64,000 bases of DNA from an uncultured delta proteobacterium (GTDB lineage Bacteria > Myxococcota_A > UBA9160 > SMWR01), in the NCBI GenBank assembly GCA_963832165.1, contig CAWHTE010000001.1, forward strand, positions 384,001 through 448,000, written 5' to 3'. Positions within the stretch are counted from its first letter, which is position 1; every line of letters begins with the position of its first letter. The notes below the pieces were generated by a model, which ran no database searches, was not told the origin of the DNA, and was given only the letters and a program-made list of their open reading frames with translations. Below are positions 59,539 to 64,000 of the stretch, one piece after another. The position numbers and the translations under genes are program-made.

Positions 59539-60711
59539 ATGCCCGAGGCCTTCATCGTTGGAGCCGTCCGCACGGCCGGTGGCCGCAAGAACGGCAAGCT
59601 CAAGAACTGGCATCCGATCGACCTCGGGGCCTTCGTGCTCGACGAGCTCGTCGCGCGCACGGGCGCCGACCCGGCGCTGATCGAGGACGTGATCTTCGGC
59701 TGCGTCGACCAGGTGGGCGCGCAGTCGGCCAACATCGCGCGCAATGCGGTGCTCGCCTCGCGCCTCCCCGAGAGCGTGCCCGGCACGACCGTCGACCGGC
59801 AGTGCGGCTCCTCGCAGCAGGCGCTGCACTTCGCCGCGCAGGCCGTGATGAGCGGCGTCCACGACGTGGTGATCGCGGGCGGCGTCGAGGTGATGAGCCT
59901 GGTGCCGATCGGTGGCAACGCGATCGCGGGCCACAAGGCCGGCATGGGCAGCCCGTACGGCCTCGGCATGAAGAAGCGCTACCCGGGTGCGAAGTTCAAC
60001 CAGTTCGCGGGCGCCGAGATGATCGCGGAGCGCTGGGGATTCTCGCGCGAAGACCTCGATCGCTTCGGTCTCACCAGCCACGAGAAGGCGGCGCGCGCGA
60101 CGCGCGAGGGCCGGTTCGCGCGCGAGATCGTGCCCGTCGAGGTGACGCTCGAGGATGGCACGAGCGAGAAGTTCGCGGCCGACGAGGGCATTCGCGCCGA
60201 CGCGAGCCTGGCCGCCATGGCGGCCTTGAAGCCGCTCTCCGAGAAGGCGCTGCTCACGGCCGGAACGTCGAGCCAGATCACCGATGGCGCGGCCGCCGTG
60301 CTCGTCGCGAACGAAGCCGGTCTCGCGAAGCTCGGTGCGACTCCGCGTGCGCGCATCGCCGCAATGGCGCTCGCGGGCGACGACCCCGTGATCATGCTCA
60401 CGGCACCGATCCCGGCGACCGCAAAGCTGCTCCAGCGCGCGGGCATGTCGATCGACCAGATCGATCGCTACGAGGTGAACGAGGCGTTTGCGTCGGTGCC
60501 GCTGGCCTGGCTGCGCGACACGGGCGCGGATCCCGAGAAGCTGAACGTGAACGGCGGAGCCATCGCGCTCGGCCATCCGCTCGGTTGCACGGGCGCGAAG
60601 CTCATGACGACGCTCTTGCACGAGCTCGAGCGCATCGGCGGGCGCTATGGGCTCCAGACGATGTGCGAGGGCGGTGGGCTCGCCAACGCGACGCTGATCG
60701 AGCGCGTCTAG
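59539..60711 (+). CDS. Acetyl-CoA acetyltransferase (thiolase)
   Basis: DRQCGSS, EVNEAF, NGGAIALGHPLG, MCEGGG. Confidence 0.95.
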   Translation: MPEAFIVGAVRTAGGRKNGKLKNWHPIDLGAFVLDELVARTGADPALIEDVIFGCVDQVGAQSANIARNAVLASRLPESVPGTTVDRQCGSSQQALHFAAQAVMSGVHDVVIAGGVEVMSLVPIGGNAIAGHKAGMGSPYGLGMKKRYPGAKFNQFAGAEMIAERWGFSREDLDRFGLTSHEKAARATREGRFAREIVPVEVTLEDGTSEKFAADEGIRADASLAAMAALKPLSEKALLTAGTSSQITDGAAAVLVANEAGLAKLGATPRARIAAMALAGDDPVIMLTAPIPATAKLLQRAGMSIDQIDRYEVNEAFASVPLAWLRDTGADPEKLNVNGGAIALGHPLGCTGAKLMTTLLHELERIGGRYGLQTMCEGGGLANATLIERV

Positions 60712-62339
60712 AACCGGCCCTCGACCGACAGCCCCGCGGCCCAGAGGAACCCCTCGAACGCGACGGCGCCCGTGATCGGGCGGCCGTCCGGTCGGGCGGC
60801 CGCGAACGGATCGCGATTCGAGGTGAATCCGAGCGTCGCGAAGTTGCCGTCGGCGTCCTGATAGGTTGCGAGCCCGCCGAGGTTCTGGCTGCGCCCCTCG
60901 CCCACGCGTCGCGTCTCGTAGACCGCGGCCTGGAAGCCGGCCACGAGCCGCACGCCGCGCCGATTCCGACCCCCCCAGTGATAGGCGACGCCCGTCGAGG
61001 CCAGATGGCGGTTGGACGAGAAGCTGATCGCGTCGAGGTGGCCCTTCGAGACCACGCTGGGGTCGTACACGTAGCCGACGAGCAGATCGATCGACGAGGT
61101 CGCATTCCACTCGACGCCGGTGCGGACCGCGACGGTGTCGCGCATGTCGTAGTCGAGCACGAGCGAGCGGATCGCGTCACCGGGCGCGGCCCGCGCGGCG
61201 GGATTGATCGGCTGCAGCGCCGGAGCGAGTGCCGCCGGCAGCGCGACGAGCCCCGGCGACAGGCGCACCCGTGCGTCGGAGCCGAGACCGCTCGCCGCGC
61301 TCCACTGCGTCCATTGCAGATCCACCGACCAGGTGACCCGATCCACGACGTCCCATGCGAAGCCGCCCTGGAGGTGTCGCGGCATCTCGAGCACGAGCCG
61401 ATAGCGGGAGCGGCTGTACTCGGGCAGCACACCGAATCCGGCCGACGGGTCGATCCGCAGCGCGACGTCGCCCTCGAAATCGACCGGCGTCTCCTCGCGG
61501 TAGGCGAGGCCGAACGCGAGCCCGTCCAGCAGCCGATAGCGCAGCCCGAGCGTATAGCCCGCGGATCCGAAATCCGATTCGAACTTTCCGACGCCGAGCT
61601 CGGCCGAGTCGTCGCTGCGCAGAGAGAGGGCCCCGTCGTCGCCCCCGTCGATCGTCGCCGCAGCCGGCACCGCCTCTCCGGTGGCGAAGCTCGCGGCCTG
61701 TCCGACGAAGCCGTCGCCCAGGAACGCGTCGATGCGGAGCCTGTCGAACGCCACCCAATCGAGGGTCGCGCCGACCGAGAGCCGCTCGCTGAGCCGGACA
61801 GCCAGCGACGGCGCGAGCTCGAGCACGAACAGCGACTGGTTGCGGCTGTTGAAGCGATGGAAGCCGCGGTCGCTCCAATCGGCCGTGATCGCGAACGGAG
61901 CTCCGAAGCCGATCCCGAACACGACGCGGTCCGAGAACGGCAGCCGCTGCGCGCTGTCGAGAGCCCCGAGCGGAAAATAGGCACCGAGGCTGGGCGCCAC
62001 CGCGACGTCGGAGCCCCCGAGCGTGTGCTCGGTCTCGTGGTCGCCCTCTGCATCGGAGAAGATCAGCGGGCGCGTATCGATCACGCGCACATGGACGCCG
62101 ATCTCCGGCGCTCCCAGATCGCCTGCACCGGCGGGGTTGTAGTACCAGGACGACGGATCGCCGCCGCGCGCGGTGACGGCCCCACCTAGCAGCGCGGACC
62201 GCTCGCCCATCCCGATCGTCTGAATCCAGTCGGCGCGCGCGCCCGCGGCGAGCGCGACCAGCGCGGCGGTGACCCAGCACGCGGGGTGGAGCGATCCACG
62301 GACCCGACTCGCGAATCTCATTCCGGGCCTCGATATCAC
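60708..62339 (-). CDS. FadL/TodX/TbuX family outer-membrane channel
   Basis: Signal peptide, GGAVTA..D.S..YYNPAG, beta-strand pattern, C-terminal Phe. Confidence 0.85.
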   Translation of the reverse strand: MISRPGMRFASRVRGSLHPACWVTAALVALAAGARADWIQTIGMGERSALLGGAVTARGGDPSSWYYNPAGAGDLGAPEIGVHVRVIDTRPLIFSDAEGDHETEHTLGGSDVAVAPSLGAYFPLGALDSAQRLPFSDRVVFGIGFGAPFAITADWSDRGFHRFNSRNQSLFVLELAPSLAVRLSERLSVGATLDWVAFDRLRIDAFLGDGFVGQAASFATGEAVPAAATIDGGDDGALSLRSDDSAELGVGKFESDFGSAGYTLGLRYRLLDGLAFGLAYREETPVDFEGDVALRIDPSAGFGVLPEYSRSRYRLVLEMPRHLQGGFAWDVVDRVTWSVDLQWTQWSAASGLGSDARVRLSPGLVALPAALAPALQPINPAARAAPGDAIRSLVLDYDMRDTVAVRTGVEWNATSSIDLLVGYVYDPSVVSKGHLDAISFSSNRHLASTGVAYHWGGRNRRGVRLVAGFQAAVYETRRVGEGRSQNLGGLATYQDADGNFATLGFTSNRDPFAAARPDGRPITGAVAFEGFLWAAGLSVEGRF

Positions 62340-62456
62340 AGCCGGTCCCGAAATGCCCCATCGACGGCCGGACCGAGTTGCGTGCTCTGCGTCCTAAAGT
62401 GCGCCGTCGAAACGTCCGAACTAATAGCGCTATCATTTTTCGCGGGGAGGGGAACC

Positions 62457-63648
62457 GTGGTCCTCCAGGAACCCCAGGCCACCCACGACATCGTCCAGCG
62501 GCTGCGCGAGACCGAAGACCGCTTCAAAGTCATGGCGGATTCCTCGCCCGTGATGCTGTGGATGTCCGCGCTCGACTCGAACTGTTACTTCTTCAACAAG
62601 CCGTGGCTCGATTTCACCGGCCGCACCTTGGAGCAGGAGGTCGGATCCGGCTGGTGTGAGGGGGTCTACTTCGAGGACTTCCAGCACTGCATCGATACCT
62701 ATCTCGACCACTTCAACGCGCGCCAGCCGTTTCGGATGCGCTACCGCCTGCGCCGACACGACGGCGAGTATCGCTGGCTCCTCGACACGGGCGTCCCACG
62801 CTACTCACCCGACGGCACCTTCATGGGCTTCGTCGGTTCGTGCATCGACATCCAGGAGATGGTCGAGGCGAGCGAAGCGCTCGCGAACCTGAATGCGACG
62901 CTCGAGCGCCGAGTCGAGGAGCGCACCGCGCAGCTCGCCGACGCGAACCGCGAGCTCGAGAGCTTCGCCTACAGCGTCTCGCACGATCTGCGCGCTCCGC
63001 TGCGCCAGATTGGCGGTTACGCGGAGCTGATCCGAAAGGAGCTCCCGGTCGAGCTCGTGAAGGGAACGCTCGAGCGCTATCTGGGCTTCCTCCAGGAGGG
63101 TGCCGATCGCGCGCAGGCGCTCGTGCGCGACGTGCTCGAGTTCTCGCGGGTGTCTGGGGCCGGGCTCCAGCCTGCAGCGCGTGGCGCTCGCGCCGCTCGT
63201 GGCCGAGCTGCAGCGCATGCTGCCCCCCGAGAGCCGGAAGGCGTCGATCCGGTGGGAGGTCGCGGAGCTGCCCGAGGTGACCGGCGACGCGACGCTCTTG
63301 CGCCTCGTCTTCCAGAACCTGCTCGAGAATGCGCTCAACTTCACCGAGAAGCGACCCGAGACCGTGATACGCGTGTGCCACTCCGAGAAGGACGGCGAGC
63401 ACGTCTTCGGGATATCCGACAACGGGATCGGCTTCGATCCGACGCAGTCGCATCGCCTGTTCAAGCTCTTCCAGCGCCTGCACGCGCAGGAGGAATGCGG
63501 TGGCAGCGGGATCGGACTGGCCAACGTCGCGCGGATCGTGAAGCGCCACGGCGGCCGGGTGTGGGCGGAGGGCAAGACGGGGGAGGGCGCGACGTTCTAC
63601 TTCGCGCTTCCCACCGTATCCGCAGGCGAGTCGGAATCGGCGGATTGA
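62457..63648 (+). CDS. PAS-domain sensor histidine kinase (frameshift ~63170)
   Basis: PAS (FFNKPWLDFTG..YRLRRHDGEYRW), H-box FAYSVSHDLRAPLR, N-box NLLENA, DNGIG, GSGIGL. Confidence 0.88.
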
Positions 63649-63666
63649 AATCGGGACGGATTGGCG

Positions 63667-64000
63667 ATGCTTCCGCGAGACTCGTGGTTGGATCTGGCGC
63701 GCAAGCTCGACTGGACGTACCGCTACGTTCCGGAGTCGGAGCTCTTTCCCGACGCTCCGAGCGGTGTGACGCGGGTGCCGCCGGAAGCGTGGAAGGAATG
63801 GGACGAGCCGTTCAAGACCAGCTACCGCGAGTACGTCGCCGCCCAGAGTGAGAAGGAGCGCGCGGTGCGCGCCGTGCGCGATGCGGTCGGCCGCCCCGAG
63901 CACGCAGCGCGTCTCCCGCTTCCGTGGCTGAACGTCAACAAATTCCACGGCGCCACGCTGCCGCTCGCCGAGTTCGCGGCCACGATCGGCAACCTGCGCG
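63667..64000 (+). CDS. Soluble di-iron monooxygenase alpha subunit, TmoA/TouA-like (3' truncated by window; absent from ORF track)
   Basis: MLPRDSWLDLARKLDWTYRYVPESELFP..W.EWDEPFKTSYREYV..Q.EKE..H.A...AEFAA follows the toluene monooxygenase alpha N-terminus as I recall it. Confidence 0.8.
   Translation, partial: MLPRDSWLDLARKLDWTYRYVPESELFPDAPSGVTRVPPEAWKEWDEPFKTSYREYVAAQSEKERAVRAVRDAVGRPEHAARLPLPWLNVNKFHGATLPLAEFAATIGNLR

Noticed and set aside
58614..62189. 1191-aa plus-strand ORF
   Set aside because: Mosaic of antisense and off-frame readings of SDR, thiolase and FadL genes
1..64000. CRISPR arrays, tRNA/rRNA, transposases, integrases, defence systems
   Set aside because: None recognised by eye; the Sir2 is a CobB-type deacylase and TerB is solitary, so neither supports a defence island

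Overview
GC-rich bacterial DNA; gene content (PEP-CTERM/EpsI, FadL-type outer-membrane channel) indicates a Gram-negative host, and a Myxococcota/deltaproteobacterial-like host is only a guess. Bases ~1-42.4 kb are one large exopolysaccharide/surface-glycan locus of the PEP-CTERM/exosortase-associated type: about ten glycosyltransferases, three polysaccharide deacetylases, two tandem Wzx flippases, an O-antigen-ligase/Wzy-like protein, a priming sugar transferase, nucleotide-sugar enzymes (rfbF, ugd, UXS-like, wecB, DegT), amide-forming enzymes (AsnB, ATP-grasp), a stand-alone EpsI, a PEP-CTERM protein, an exosortase-like protein that appears to lack the catalytic Cys/Arg/His, and two unrelated secreted proteins ending in the same PxxP-hydrophobic x3-P tail. 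Bases ~42.4-64 kb are metabolic: GST, nagA, a TetR-Rieske oxygenase-ferredoxin-amidohydrolase operon with a clear operator and leaderless promoter, sirtuin plus acyl-CoA ligase, epoxide hydrolase, FAH, thiolase, a FadL/TbuX channel, a PAS kinase and the start of a toluene-monooxygenase-like di-iron alpha subunit that the ORF track misses. At least nine genes are frameshifted, most likely from assembly indels. No rRNA, tRNA, CRISPR array or transposase was seen. All family calls are by-eye motif recognition; no searches were run.
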